From: Spizellomyces punctatus DAOM BR117 | Taxonomy: Eukaryota | Direction: 5' to 3' (one strand) | Length of the DNA stretch: 64,000 bases | NCBI GenBank assembly: GCA_000182565.2 | Contig: KQ257451.1 | Notes under the pieces: model-generated | Told to the model about the DNA's origin: nothing | The model's input: the letters and a program-made list of their open reading frames with translations, nothing else | Database searches by the model: none | Shown here: positions 36,104 through 51,483 of the stretch, in pieces | How positions within the stretch are numbered: position 1 is the first letter of the stretch | Layout: each line of letters opens with the position of its first letter | Made by a program: the position numbers and the translations under genes

Positions 36104-38321
36104 CTATGGCTTGACGCCTAGCTTTGCCAGCTGGTAGACGACAGGAAAGTGAGCAAGAAGGAATTTTGACAGACAAAAAATCATCGAAATTCACCTGTTT
36201 CCTTATGACCTCGATTTCCTCCTTCAATGCAGCCTCCCCTCCAGCCTTCTTGATCTGAGTGAGCTCCACTTTCTCTCCTGCTTGAATTTTCGCTTTAATG
36301 TCAGCGATTTGCTTGAGCTTCTTGTTCAAAGTTTTATGTTTCTTTTCCAGATCGGCAGCTTGACCTGGCACTGGTACATATGCCGGAGCTTCGGCTGGGC
36401 TATCCGGAGCTGATGAACTGCCATCTCCTTCCTACATGACCTGCTTTCAGAGGTGTTTATCACAAACTATGAAGACGATGGAACAACCTACCTTCTTCTT
36501 GGCCTCCCGCTTCTTTTTGTTTTTAAGAGCGGCGCGTGACAATGTTTTATCCTCCGCAGTCTGCCCTGGGACTGGTGTATGATTGCGCACAGCACCATCT
36601 GCAATGACATCTCTTTGCTTGAAGATAGATGGCGTCGCAGAACCTCGAGCTCCAGGTGGTCTGTACACTCCAACAGGTTTCGCAGGCGTGGGAGCGGCAA
36701 GATTCGATTGAGGCGGAGGAGACAGAGACCGAATATCTGGCCAGTTTTCTGGGCGACTGGAGCGCCATTTGGCCTATGTAATATATGTATTTTTTAGCAT
36801 GCATAGCGCATAGCGTCATCCAGTGTTGCGATATACTGGCGTACCTGATACATCTCTTTCACCTCGATTGCATGCACGAGAGCCCCAGTGTAATGCCAGA
36901 TCTTGATGCCATTATCAACCTTCAGGCGCTTGTATAACGTGGAAGTCATTATATGTTTGCCATTGGGACACCAGTCGCAGCTTGATGAGTTCGGAGCGTG
37001 GATGGTGGCCAGCTTTTTGAAGGATTTGCGGTCCCAAACGTCCACATCACCAGCAAGATTCCCAAATCCCCCGATGAACAAAAGTCGTCCATGAGCATTG
37101 AAGCGCACAGTATTGCGGGCAGCTGCTCCAAACTCATAGATCGGGCTTGCACGATGATCAAACAGGGTGGCCTTCGCGGGCATCGAACCGTAAACCACGA
37201 CAAACTCTTTTGAGTTCGGGCTCCAAGCGACGTCATGGATGGGTCCAGGTTTATCTGTTTCCATCGAGGGTGTTAAAATTCCGAAAGCCTTAGGTGCAAT
37301 ACAATTATAAGCCTACCTAGTTCTACTCGACAATCAAAATTGCCAGTAATAGATAAATAGTAGAGATTGGTCTCTCCGTAGTACGACTGGCCGGTTTTAT
37401 CTACGTCAGTATGAGTAAATATCAAGACGTTTGTGCCGAGCGAGTTCCAGTGGAATTGAACGCTATCCGCACGATAGAACGACTTTTGCGTTAATGGCGT
37501 GTTCAAGTTCGTCACGTCGTATAATCGAACAGCCGCTGGCTGCCCCTTCTTTTCTGGAACGAACGCAGCGACCGTAACACGCTTGCCCGGAGATAACGAA
37601 AAGTCCGCCACGCCCTCGACCCGCAATCGAGTGCTCACACCCTTTGCAAAGTCTTTTGGATTGAAGAACTGTACTTCATTCGTAACAAGTCGTGCGCAGT
37701 ACGTTTCTTCCTCAGTCCAGTCCACGTTCCAACCAGTTTGATTTTTTTGCGTGAATGCAATCTGCTGCTCTCCTGTTGCAACGTCCCAAATGATAAGGTT
37801 CTTGTGCGGGTTGGAGTCGGAATCGGCTCCTTTTACGAAGCGTTCCCATGTCGAAAGAAAGGTACCACGAGGAGAGAACTCCACTTCGATGACATTTTTT
37901 TGTGGAATCTCTTGAACTTTTTCGTGAGTGGACGCGTCATAGATCTGTACTCTGCACCGCGAAACTGTGAGATTTTCTGATCACCACCGTCTAGGTGGAA
38001 ACAAACGTACCGGTCCTGTAGTACCCACGCAAGGTACCTTCCTTCGGGGCTGTACTCAAACACTCGAATATCTTCCGTGCTAAACGGTTGCAGCGCATCA
38101 AGGGCATGGCCCCATGGTAAACATGTTTCAGTTGCCGACTCACCTTGTGAATCCTTCGACTGTCTTGTTCTCCGGAGGACCATTTGCAATAACAATACCA
38201 TTGTTGCCTCGGTCTGGAAGCACCAAAGAAACCGTCAAGTTACTGTAGTAGCATCAAACTTTGCCTTTGGCCAAATATTTCACTTACATGCAAACTGCGG
38301 AATTGGCGGTGAACTGGTCAT
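36104..38321 (-). CDS. EIF2A: Translation initiation factor eIF2A
   Basis: TDVDKTGQSYYGETNLY, GPIHDVAWSPNSKEFVVVYG, GFGNLAG, YRPPGARG, LNKKLKQI. Confidence 0.95.
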
Positions 38322-38594
38322 GGCTACGAAAATCAGATGCTTCAAACGGACTTGTAAAACGTCTTTGTTGCGCAAAGCTGGGACGACGTGGAACTGGGAC
38401 TGACGTTAACGATCCGGTTGAGGGCGGGCTTATGGACTAATTATTCGGCAGCAAGAGTCCATCCAGCAGCGTCTGCGACTTTTGAACAGAGCGATGTATC
38501 ACGTGATATTAGCTAACTAAACACACCTCTGGTGCAATGCTATCTACAGCAACGTCCTCGAATTCCCGCCAAGCATATATAACATCCCAGTATT

Positions 38595-40276
38595 TCAGAG
38601 TTTCCCTGCAGCTTCCTCAAAGCTTCTCTTAAATATCTCCAATCCTAATCTCATTTCATTCTCCGATATAGTCAACGGAGGAATAAATCTCAACGTCTCG
38701 AATACCGAGGTGGTGAGGATAATCATACCGTTGCGTATGCAGGCTTGCTGTACTTGACTGGCAAAGTTTGCTGGGGCAGCTTCGGAGAACTCGAGGGCAA
38801 TCATTAGACCTAATCCTCTGATATCCCCAATCAATGGTGCAAGCTTTGGGTGCTGTCGTAGCTCTTCTAGGCCGGCAGTGAGCTGGGCGCCTCTGAAATG
38901 TGCAATTATTCGTTATATGTCAGCCTAGAATAAATCCACGAGTACACTATTACCTGGCATTGACATTGTCCAATATCCTCTCTTCTTGCATCACATCTGC
39001 GCATGCAACACCTGCCGCGCATGCGACCGCATTTCCAGAGTATGTGCCTCCCTACGAGACAACTATAGTTAAATCGTTGGAAATTCAATCGATAGCCCCG
39101 CTCATGCTTACCATACTCCCTGGAGTTTGGGTATCCATCAAATCCTTTCGACTAACAATAGCGCTCAAAGGATATCCATTTGCAATTCCCTTTGCCATCA
39201 CCATGATATCGGGACGCACACCGGAATGTTCAACTGCAAAGTATTTTCCAGTTCTACCAAATCCCGATTGGACCTCGTCAGCTATAAGCAGAATCTTATT
39301 CTCCTCGCATATGTCCTGGAGTCGCTCAAAATACGCTATGGTTGGAGGTTATTGAGATGTATAGCATATTTCGATGTAGAGAAGGCATACAAGCGCGGGT
39401 GTTACCTTTAGGCACAGGCACATAGCCTCCTTCACCAAGAACAGGTTCAATGATCAATGCCGCGGTATCTCCAGGTGCTGACTGTTGTTTCAATAGGATC
39501 TTTAACTGTTGGATAGCGTCGTCGCAGCATTCTTCCAACGACATATTGCGATGATGGTAATGGTATGGAAACGGGACTGCAAATACTCCTGGCTACAATC
39601 ACAAAAGTCATCGATAGCCGCCTGTAATTGAACATTCTGCCACTCTTACCATCAACGGACCAAATCCCGCCGAATAAATCGTCTTGCTCCGGGACATGGC
39701 CATGGTCGCAACAGTTCTTCCATGAAATGCTCCCTAAGTCCACACACATTTACAACCCGCATTATGATTCATATCGCGAATGCGGATATCATACCTGCAT
39801 GACAATAATGTTTTGCTTCTTCGTTGCATGCCTAGCAAGCTTGATAGACGCCTCAACCGCTTCCGAACCAGAGTTTACAAAAATAAACGTGTCCAAAGAC
39901 TTATGCGGCATAACAGGTAGAAGCTTCTCCATTAATGTAATTTGTGGATGGTGATAACCCAGGTTGCATTGCGCGTGAACGAGTTGCCCACATTGCTTTT
40001 GAGCCGCTTTCGTCACTGCTGGATGACAATGACCTGATATACAAGCAAGCCATTCTTACCAATGATGCACAGAGAACAATGCACAAGACGACGCAATTTC
40101 ATACCCAGATTCGTTACCCCAATTCCACATGTAAAGTCAAGAAACTTTTGCCCGTCGGTGCTGTAGAGCCAGGAACCTTGACCTCGCTCCCATACCAATT
40201 CAGTTATTCGGGAAACTCCCTTCCCTAGTCGCCGGCGGCCTATAGCTGCCAAATCTGCTGCAGATTTCAGTGACAT
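38595..40276 (-). CDS. Class-III PLP-dependent aminotransferase (GabT/4-aminobutyrate or acetylornithine type)
   Basis: FLDFTCGIGVTNLGH, NSGSEAVE, FHGRT, IEPVLGEGG, DEVQSGFGRTG, MAKGIANGYP, IRGLGLM. Confidence 0.9.
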
Positions 40277-40627
40277 TTCTGTTGAATACTGGCAGTAGGT
40301 CGAAGCTTGCCAGTAGCTGGCCAGATGGCGAGCTGATGCGTCATCAACCACGTCATCTTCCAACGACGCGTCGTGCACTGCACGTATTTGCCAACAGAGC
40401 AGGTTTGCAGCAGGTTGTCAAAAGTAGACAATGGACGTCTTCTATACGAGAATTGCAGAAGCCCTCGAGCATTCCTCACAAAAATAATTACTGGGTAACG
40501 CACCCTCGTATCGTGTCCAGCAAAACAGCAGGTATCTCTTTAAATCTAACTAATGAGCTCCGAGGGCATCATAGTCATATTCCTCACACAACACACAGAA
40601 AGTCTGATAACAAGCTACATCTTCAAA

Positions 40628-42968
40628 TCACCAGTCTTCCCCCATATCCTCGTCATCCCCAATCTCCCCATCCACAATCTCCTTTGCTAATTTCCGCTCT
40701 TCTTCACGAAGGGCTGTCGCATTGGCGAGCTCCTTCCTGTGAATGTCTAGTGGGAAGCGGAGGGCCTAGGGATCACACATTCATAAGTACGGAATAACAA
40801 GCCACTTGAACATGTCAACAAGAATTACCTTCACGCTCTCGTTATGCAGGTTCAGACAGAAGCTAATACGTTGGTGGAACGCATTTTGGGGTTCATTGGT
40901 GGAATAGATATCAACGTTTTCCTAAGCAGCGCATCAGGATTTAGTGCTTTTCACACCGCAAACGGAAATGACACTGTAAATACCTTTGACTTCATGAAGC
41001 CCTTCTCGTGATCAATCGTGGCATCTATGACACCATCTCGAATAGCCTACACTGCGTGCGTTAGTGGATCGTTCATGCCAACATCTGCTGAGAAGTATGC
41101 ACCTTTGCAACAATGTACTCAGCGTCTTCCTCGCTGTCCAACTGCAGCTTGAGGCATATGTCTCGCAAGGAGATACGAGAGTATGACAAGCTAATCATGC
41201 GAACACCAGTTTTGATGACGTTATGGCGGAGACTGCACAGGAGTATATGCCGAAAATTAGATGCACCACAAAACAATGCAATCCAGTATCAGACGTACCG
41301 AAGAATCAAAGTGAAAGTTTTGTCCGCCCTGAAGGTGGCACCGTGCTGAGCTAGAGTCTCTTGGAACTTTGCCAAATCTCCAATTCGCACAGCTGTCGAA
41401 AGCGCGAATGTTTGAGCGCTGCACACTGAGAACCGCAAAAGAAGTTACCCCTACCTTGGGTAATTTGCAAATATGGTACGAGGGACTTCCTCAACATTGG
41501 CTGCCTGAATATTGCCCGGTCGGGGATTTCTCCCATAAGTAGCTGCACAATGATAGCCAGCTTATTCACCTGGAAAAGGAACGACATCGTCAGCCACAGA
41601 CATAGTATGAAAATCGAATGGAGCATTACCGCCTGCTGAAAGCCGGCGCTGGCGACACTTTGTGGCGCTTTCCGAACGGCTTGTAACAGATGTCTGTGGG
41701 AAGCTGTGTAGTCCAGCTGGATCGCTTTGATACGTCCTATTCCGGTACAATTATCAGATTGGTCAAAGAAAAGCACAGTCAATGCCATACTAACCCAAAT
41801 AATACATATGTCGCGCCATCTGGTTGTTGGATGCATTTTCAGGAAATGTAGCCTTTGATACAAGCTTATCCGCTTGATCATAGAGGTTGAACATTAGGTA
41901 GTTGCGAAGCAGGAGGTTCAATATTGTAGCCTGAACAATGCAGGAAAATAAGTCTTGTTGAAGTTGAGGAGATTAGGGGACGGACAATACCTGTGTATCA
42001 TCGTCATGGCGAAGAGTCGCAGTTCGCTGTGCCGCAAGAAGCACACTATAAATGATGTTTAGTCAGCTGGCCACGCAGGAACATTGAATTCTTGACACTC
42101 ACGGCCTTGCTTCGGCAAGCTTGTCAGCCAGCTCATAAAAGCGAGCAAAGTAGAAATATAAGCGTCCGGCTAATTGATCCAAGGTGCGACGGTTGAGAGC
42201 CTGGACTTTATCCACCAATTCTATCACTAGTTGCATGCCCTAAACGAATAGATCCAATATCAACACCAATCATGATGGCATGGTGGGCATGAAGACCACA
42301 CCAACCTGTTGGTAATCTTTCTGATCGTGAAGATAAAGAAGGACTAGATAGCTGAGGTAAACTTCATGTTCAGGAAGAAATCCTCTGCCATCTTTTGCAT
42401 CGCTCTTTTGCTCCCCCTGATCCACATCCATCTCGTCAGACGCCTGATTGAAAGCCTTAAGACATAGGTATCATAAGGATTATTCACAAGATAAAACCAT
42501 ACCTTGCCAACGCGTTTGAGGAGGGCATCTTTTGCCGCGTGATCTTTGGGAAAGTAAATATTGATCGCTTGCGTCAAGATTTCTGGAGTCAGCCTTTTGC
42601 GGATCGATGCTGTTGTGCGGAGAGCGCGGGTAGTAAACCGCGCTTCGAGGGTGGCTACAGCGCGCTCCAGCAAATTGATGTTCTGTTTTATGTCTAAGGC
42701 ACGCATTCATTAGAAATTATCAATACATGATGACCAAGGAGAATATCATCTTCAGTGGAGGCACCGCTCGGCGGGACAGCAATGACATCTCCAAGTTGAA
42801 GCTGCTTAAACACTCACCAGCAAGAACCGCCGCGACATTATCCGCCTTCTTCTCCTCCTCGGTCTTTTCCACATCCATGGGTACAGGAGCCTCCTTGTCC
42901 GTGTCCTGAGGCTTTTTACCCGACTCTGCAGACTCTTTCTTTGCTTTAGACGAACGCGTTTCCACCAT
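40628..42968 (-). CDS. RPN3: 26S proteasome lid subunit RPN3
   Basis: [64 protein letters not shown]. Confidence 0.96.
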
Positions 42969-43402
42969 GATTGCGTTTATGGGTATAGGCTACGTGAATA
43001 CATTACAAGAGTGGTTGCGGAGGAGCCGTCGATTAATACCATGACACGGAGATCCACGATGGGGAGCAACGGCACGTTTACGCTAATGCAAAACTTACGT
43101 CGCGTTCGGAATTGAGTCTTTGGAAAGTGAGGCAAGGTACGTGCCGGATAAAGCGTTCGGAGTCAGCGTGATGTAAAAGCTGCACTTGGAAGTGATGTAT
43201 GGGCACCAGGCGTGTTCTGGGTTATCTGCCCAACGTAAAGGATGCGAGTTGCAAGTAACCACGTCAGACGCTCCAGCAGATCCCGTGATACTCATCTGAT
43301 CCAGTCTTCAAATTTGGAACCAGCTTTGGATATTGGACTTAGGAAAAAGATTTATTTAAAAGACTTCAAAAGCAGGGAAACTAATTACAGTATTTAAAAT
43401 AA

Positions 43403-45647
43403 TTATTGTACAGGATGCGGACGTAGCCAGATTTTAATCGTGCCTTGTTTGTCTGTGGTAACAACAGAATCATCGCGAAACGTTACAGAGTTCAAGGGAT
43501 CATTGTGGATGCTTTTGGACTAGCCATGAAAGTGAGCCACAGGCTACGTTCAGATAATTCGCATGTCAGCACATACCATAAATGGAGGCATGGATACAAC
43601 TTCGCTGCGGGATAGTACAGGGTGTACAGAATCAGGTCGATCAGAGCGTCGTTCCTGCAGATCTTGCCGCGATCGTCTCATGGTCGACGTAGACTATCAA
43701 ACAAAGCAAACAAATAATGACAACCTGGTACATGAATGACCGTCTCAACGTCCCCAAGCTCACTCACCATCTTTGGTCGATGTAGTGTTGGGAGGGCAAA
43801 ATCCCACAAGCATATCCGTGTATCGTCTGGTAGGTGAAACGGTTTCTCAGTCTCAAAGTAGGTGCATTCCAAGCAGATACAAATACATACCTCCGACGCT
43901 AGCAAATCGATAACTTCTGTCAGTGCACAGATGTGGGTCGAATGCAACGCTTGTTACCTGCAAAAAAAGAGAATGAGAAAAAGAGTGACAGTCGGCATGA
44001 CAGAGCTATACGCACCCATGAAGAGTGTCCAAGGCATCGTGCTACAATTCCCTTGCGAAATTGCCAGATGGTGACCAAATCATCTTGTCCTCCGGTAAGA
44101 ATATATTTTCCATCTGGCGAGAAGGCAACGCATGTGAAGCCCCCAAAGTAGCTTTTGTATGTGTCAAGAAGCTTTTCATGGCGATGATCTACTATCCGTA
44201 GGCATCCGTCCATGGAAGTGACTGCCGCATGTTGAATGTCTGGCGAGAATGCTATGGCTGTCGACTCACTGATTAGCAGTGACTGACTATAAGAAACCAG
44301 TAAGCTGATTTACCAGTTATTGCCTTCTTTCCCATTTGCCACCATGAACACGGATTCGTCTTGGGTGCTTTTGGGGGCTTATTTACAGTGAATAGTCTAC
44401 GTATTGAATTTCAGTCGGTCGTTCTTTGGATCATCAAATAGATTGACACTTACGAGTCATCGTCCGTTGCAGTTGGTCCCACTGTACTGCTACTAGGGTC
44501 ATCTTTTTCTCGGTCGAATATTATCACTCTTCAAGTGGGTCAGATATTGCCTTGTTGATCTCATATCCAAACAAAATTCACTTATACCTGCCGTCTTCAA
44601 AACCGGCTATAAAGAAATTCTCGTCGTCTCTTGTGCCACGGGGCTTCAGTGGCGCCACGTGAGCAGTCGAAAGCAGCGGTGAAGTTAAGGATGTACACCT
44701 ACAGGCATCCATTTTATGCAGGTCACAGCCGATTTATTGATGATTCCCTGATATATGTCAGATTCAGGGCATGTACAAAAGATTTTCCGTATCAAGTCTT
44801 TGCCTACCTGTTTGTTTAACCTTGCAAATTTCCCAGATATTGGAGAATACCACAAAATGTCGCCCGTGCTAAATCCTATCCTCAAACATTGAGCATTCTG
44901 ACGAACGTGGATAATCCAGATAGTACACACCAATGACAGTGTCGATGTTATCGCGCGTCAGCATACTAATGTCAAAACAAGTAACATATGCATCTCGAAA
45001 ATGGATGTACGATAAAGGTTCCTGTCGATGACAGTGATGATGAGTGTCACGACAGACTATAAGCTACAATGTGAGCACAACCTTTTGTTTACAGGGATAG
45101 TCTGCCCAAATCAAACTCTTTCCGACATTGAAGAGCATATACGATGATTCCGTCGGCCGATAGGAGAGGATCTTTGCCAACTGCAGGGTGCCTCGATCAA
45201 TTACAATGCGAACTTTCCAAGTTATTCGACAAAATGGAGATCTACCTGCTCATTGGCGACGACTTTGGAAACAAAGCTCGCGGGCTTTGTCACCGATGAT
45301 TTTGCTTTTTTGACCTTCCCCTTGTCCTTGTTAATAAATGAAAAGCTACCTTTATCTAAAAGCGCGCAACGTATATAAGCGGTTGATAACTCTCTTTAGC
45401 TGCAATTTCGGCGCTGCGTACCATCCCCGCTTACAGGAACTTCCACAAATCGGGCAGGTTGTTGGGTGCTGTCCACCGGATCGGTGGGACCTGTTGTCGC
45501 ATTGGTAGTCTTTGTTGTTACAGTGCATACATGTGTACCGATGGAGGGATTAGGCTGGAGATCTAGGCGGAGTTCATTGCATAGTGTAAAGTAACCCTCC
45601 GGACTGCTGAAAAAGGTGACGGGTTCAGGTTGGGGCAATTGCGACAT
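43403..45647 (-). CDS. creC: WD40 protein CreC/WDR20 (deubiquitinase cofactor)
   Basis: SPEG at the N-terminus; [56 protein letters not shown]. Confidence 0.9.
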
Positions 45648-46135
45648 GACGCGGTAGCATTCATGGCCAACGCGAATTTGAAGTTCAAACACACTATTGG
45701 GATTTCAGATATCACTTTGCTCGCCCAATTGATGGTTGAAATGCATGAATTCGGATATAGCCATCATCTAGACGGTTTGTTCAGTTCTTCCCGTTTGTTT
45801 ATCCACAGTTTGCGCATTAATGCATAGCTTAACCCGCGAACGAGGATTGCAGACTTATTAAAAGCAAAGCTTTACTCGCTGCACTTCAGAGCGCCGAGTC
45901 GTAGCGTATTTTTACCTTGTAAGCTACGCGAAGAAGAGTTAAATAAAAAGCCATATCCTGGTTGCGATGTCATTGTTGACCATGGAATCTTTTAAATCTC
46001 TACCAGTCTCTATTTATACAAAAAAAAGTTTGTACGATATCAGTGAGTCTCACTGACAGGTTTCAACAAATTGTACAGACCATCACGCACACCCAAAAAA
46101 CCCCTTTTCTCTATACATTGGCCCTATCCAGTTCC

Positions 46136-47686
46136 TCAAAAGTCATTTCCCTGCAGTAAGAGCTGCCTCAATTGTTCCACGTACATTGTCAACGCCTGCT
46201 TTAGTGGGCTCATATGCTTCATTAAAGCTGGAACAAGTTCCACCCCAAACGCCAGACTTTCCTGCTCGACCATCCGCGTGATATCTTCCGCGGCTTGAGA
46301 TGAGAGTACGTTCCCTTTAGCCCCTCCTAGCAACATTTCCGCCAAAACGCGTAGGTGTCGTGCTGTGGGTGCAGTGCATTGAGGTCGGTCCTCGGCGTAG
46401 TCACCTATAGCAATTAAAACTTCGGCTTTCTCGATTTCTTTATTGTATGTGGTTTGGAGGGTCCGTAGTGCTTGGGTGTGGTTGGAAGGAATTCCTGATG
46501 CCATGTCGTGCATGTCAAGGAATATTAACTTCAGATCTGCAATTTTAGAAATTCAGAAGTGAATAAACAAATGGAAAAAGCCATAATAAAAGTAGATTGA
46601 ACATGATCACACGCACCTTCGATATGAAGAGCAAACTTTTTCAGATTGACCACATCACCCCGAATATGCTTTTGAAGATTCTGAACAGAATCCGGGATAT
46701 CCAAATCATCCTTTTCACCAACATCAAAATCATCATCCCAGCTCTCCAATTTGATTCCCTCATCTTCTTCTTCTTCTTCTGCTCCCACCATTCCACCACG
46801 CCCAAGTCTACGCTCCGCTTTTGCCTTTACGGAAGGTACAAACCACTCATCTGTAGGGTCGTCTTCTAAGAGCATGCTCTCATCATACATTTTTAGCAGG
46901 CCGGTAGGTGCAGATTGGATTCGACGGGGAGATATGTTGCGGTCTGAGGATTTGCGAGTCAATGGATTCTTGCTGTTGTCTTGGGTATTGGCATGTATTG
47001 GACCAGATGTCGGATTTTCATCAGCTAGTATATGCCCCAGGTTGGCCAATGGTGCATGCCGGACATCCGTGAACCCAAACTCTACATCAAAATCCAAATC
47101 CACGTCGTTATCTTCGACTGGAACACCCGAGAATTTGCATTCACCCGTGATGTCCGCCCGTTCTGTACTGCTTACTATTTTATCGGCGCTTGAACGAGTC
47201 TCAACATGTTGGGGACGAAAATTATCACTTGTAGGCGTCGGCTGCTTTACCGGACCCCGCGTAGGTATCCGCCGCTCTATCATAACGGGCGGTTCACGCT
47301 GGGCATTACTTTTCACCGCGGCCAATGCAGCAGTATCTGTACTGAGTACACTCATACTCTGCGCTCGACGTGACGCGGACAATGCTCGCGGCTTCAAAGG
47401 GCCGTCATTTTTCGATCGGGGGCGAAGGTGGACCTGTATTGCGGAGAAGAAGGACGGGACAGAAGGTGTTGCTAGCGTTCCTGATGCAAGAACAAGCTGC
47501 CAAAAGGAGAGGCGAGGGACAACTTTAGTCAGATCGTACAGATTAGAATGAAATATCTCATACACTTTTTGATGGCTTGCAGCGGGTTGACTATACCGAA
47601 CGTCGGATACTTACTGCATTGATGGATTTTTTAGCCTTCTGGCTCTTGGAATTCTTGCCACCATTCTTTTTGCTGCCCAACGCCAT
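46136..47686 (-). CDS. Hypothetical protein (acidic WDDDFD motif, helical C-terminus)
   Basis: ATG at 47686 with a short exon, then ORFs 46531..47565 and 46136..46513 linked by plausible introns. Confidence 0.7.
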
Positions 47687-47862
47687 TTTCTCTATACACT
47701 GATATTGTATGCTAAAATACAGCTTTTGCCCAGTTACTCCGACAAAGGACGCGAAACATTAAATCTTACGTCAGCCGCGACACACATCAAATATGGGGGC
47801 AAGGGAAGCGTAATAGTACAAAAAGTTAACAAACAAAATGAAACTACCTACAGATAACTATC

Positions 47863-50800
47863 CTATGTAACGTTATATCGGAAGACATTGTTTACGATAA
47901 TAGCATCGGCGCCATGCTCCTCTTGTATTCGGACATTAGGAGGACTATCGTTGGCGGATCCACAGGTTGCCAAGATGAGCCCGCTCTCTTTTATCGTATT
48001 GATCAAGATGGGCACTTGGACCTGTAAATGAAGTGGTTGTTAGCAAAATGGCGAGTTGGAATTTTTTGATCAACTGATGCCCACCAATGGCGTTGCCTCG
48101 CAAACGACCCCGAGTAGATTACTGGATTTGGCGAATCGAATAGCCTCTTTTATCGATGTGCAGCGCATGTCCGTTTCTACCGTTTCGGTTCTTTCATCCT
48201 GCGTGCTTCGTAATGGCGAAGATATTCCAGTCTTTGTGTCTTCCAGGTCTATCCCATCCATTCCAAAACCGCACCGAGTTCCAAAGAAGACGCCATAATT
48301 CGGCTGCTTCCAGTTTATGGCCGTGCAAATAGACGGGTTGAACGACATGAAAATGATGGATCGATGGGCAACTTGGTCATACACAATTTGGAGGACAGCG
48401 TCGACGAATGTGTTAATATCGGGAAGGTTTGTCAGATTGCAGACGGATCGCTCGGATGATGTCGGGTACTTTAGGACAATGCTAACTCCAACTGAAGGAG
48501 GCAAGGTCTGAGGATAGCCAATTTAGTTACTCAAGTATTACGTTTTGCGCAAAGAAAAGTTGTTTCCCGGGTACTCACCATAAGAAGTTCGCGAAGGCTA
48601 AAGAACGAATCGTATACCAGCTTTGCCAAATCGCCAGTTGGTAGTCGTTGTGATTGGCTAAGGGCGTACGTTGGGCTCAGCATCGTGTCTATAGAAACAG
48701 TGGACGTTGGGCTGTGTATGTCCGCTGCACCACCAGATCCTTTTGCTCGGTTAAACAGGGCCCGAGCTTGCGAGAATGATACATTGGATACTCCGAGATC
48801 GACATCCTTGAGGGGCAAATGCCATTTCGGATATATAACCGGTACACCGTCTTTTGTTAGCTGAACGATCACCTGTATATACTCTTCCGCCAAGGAGGAG
48901 GCGGTGATGAAGGAATGCACGCCTTCGGTTTTATTCCCGCCAACAACCTGAAAGATGCGAAAATTGGTTAAAAACCTTTTGACACGAAATCGATTGTCGC
49001 AAGGATGCAATGCAAACCTTTGTAGTTTTCCAATAAGTTTCGACTTTTCCGCCAATTGACAGGCTTGGATGCGCAAATGGTTTAACCACAGCAAAGTCAA
49101 ACGATAATTCTCCCACAACCCTTAAATGGGAATCGAAAAGCGGGCATATGCATGGCTCACTTTCTCCAGCGCCATTCCAACTTTTGAGAATCGTCATGGC
49201 TAATTGGGAGGGTAGGACAACACCACGTCCTATGGGCTTTGTTCCAAACGTTGGAAATACATCGAATTGCAAGGAAAAATTGGCAAGGTCCTCAACCAGA
49301 AAGGTGTAGACTTCTAGGTCGTCTTGAAGGGGTAGTATCACACTGTAAGGAATGCCCACCTCTGGCTTGCTACTGATCACCATTTTCAACGACGAAAGAG
49401 GTTGAGATCCGAATAATGAGATGGGCGACTTTTGTGATCCGGCTTGTGTATTTCGAAACGTTACTTGAATATAATGCTTCTTGTCCAGGAACGCGTGGCC
49501 ACTATAGAAACATTCAGATATTAGCCTCCATTTCGGGTCTCTACTTGACGTCGAGTAACACTCACTAGATTCGGAAAGGAATGATAGGGGGTGGTAAGGA
49601 CAAATCAGGGAGCGCGTCGATATCCATGTCTTCGGGATTACTCTCTTCAGAGAACAAACCGCTCGGAGCCATGGGTTTAATCCCTACATCTTGGGCCAGT
49701 ACTAATTCTTGAGATATAGGTGACTCTACACCTTGCAACTCAAGCAATCGGGCTACCCGAATATGACCTCGATATAATGCATACGTCCACGGCAACCAGT
49801 TACTTTCATCTTTGATATTGATCCGACAACCTGCTTTAAGGAGAACTTTTGCGCATTCCAAATGACCTTCTGACGCAGCGTAAAAAATGGGCGTCCAACC
49901 GTTGAGATTGTCTGGCGCATTAACATCTGCGCCATGGTTGATGAGCATTTGCGAAATGTCAAAGTGGCCCTCCCGCGACGTCAAATGCAACGGAAACAGG
50001 CCCTCTGAATTGGCTGTCAACCGTGCACCTTTACTCAGTAGTAGCATCGCAATGTCTTTCTGGCCGTGTTGACACGCGAGATTCAGCGGGATTGGTGCCG
50101 TGGCAGAATGTGGCTCAACTACCGCCCCATGGTCGATTAAAATTTCAACACACTTTGTGTGGCCGCCGGTTATCGAATAAATTAAGGGTGTGCATCCGTC
50201 ATGATCGATCGCGTGGACCTTGGCACCCGATGAAAGAAGATATAGCGCACAATCAGGCCGACCGTACATTGCCGCATAGTGAAGAGCTGTTCGTCCATAT
50301 ACATCCGTTGCCTCCACATTAGCGCCATGGCGGACACATTCCCGCATCACCTCCTGACGTCCGGCAATTGATGTTTCGTGCAAAGATGTGCGACCGCTAA
50401 TATCATCGACAAAATTGCAATCAACCTCGCCCGTTGCAAACAGCACATCCAGACATTCCGTATTGGATTCTACACAGAAACGGAGAAAGCTTCTGCTCAA
50501 AATCTCTCGATCTTCCACTCCCTGCCCCGTAGCACGAACATCCCGAGATCTCTTTGACAGAAATTCTTGTACCCCTAAAACATTATTCGCTTTTAGAGCT
50601 CCTGTGAGCTCGCTTTCTACGTCACCGTGCGTTTCGCCTGTTACCGCCTCCCGAATATTCGCAATGGGATCTACATCCTCTTTGCTAAGCAGGTTTTCAA
50701 GTTCTGCCAAGTGCGTAGTCGCCTGATCTGTAAGTTCTGCGAGTACATCGTTGTTGAAGCAGGGCTGGATTTCAATCTGTCGTGATAGATACAGCTCTTT

Positions 50801-51483
50801 TGTTGACGACTTTGATCGTTTATCCCATTTCTTCAGGATCTTACGAAAACCTGTTGCATTCACCTCGACAAATTTCTTTTTACATCTTGCTGTTAGTGGA
50901 TGAGATATATCAGATGGGAAACATACTAGCGTACCTGCAGTTTAGTGAGATCCCGCTGAAATTGCAAAAATCCTTCCTTGAGCGTCGGGAGGGATGCGCT
51001 GACTTGCCGGCTCTTTCCACTCTGCCATATTCGTTTCTTGTCTATCAGCGAGCGGAGACGAACTTTTAGATCAGCTTCCTTTTGCAAGTAAAAGGCGTTG
51101 ACCTGCAGAGGAAAGTATTGTCAACAGAATTGCCAATGGTTGGCATCACAAGTAGTAGAGTCGAGATACCTTTTCCAACTCTCGTTCAAGCTTGAAGAAG
51201 AAGGCAGTCTTTAGCGCCTGATATTCTTCTGAATGCTTGTCATCCGCTACTCCGAAAGAGACGCCTGGCGGGTTATTCGCCGCTAACGTTGTAAATGTCG
51301 CGTGGGGATCATTGGAGCTTTGGAGAGAGTTGATAATCTTCTTCAAGCCTTTATAGTTCAGGTATTGAGGACCAGCCCAATCCGTCTGTTGGGCTTGAAT
51401 GTACTTTCCGAACTACGTATAGAGGGAATATTTACACTCGGAATATCGACGAAACTCACAACGCACACAAATCAAACCTTCAT
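47863..51483 (-). CDS. PHO81: SPX-ankyrin-(degenerate GDPD) CDK inhibitor PHO81/NUC-2
   Basis: MKFGKY..LNYKGLKKII, NATGFRKILKKWDKRSKS, ankyrin repeats, PPPIIPFRIYGH. The GDPD-like tail has ITASSL in place of the GHRG motif of Gde1. Confidence 0.88.

Noticed and set aside
47863-51483. Call as Gde1 glycerophosphodiesterase
   Set aside because: Catalytic GHRG is absent and the SPX sequence fits NUC-2/Pho81 better.
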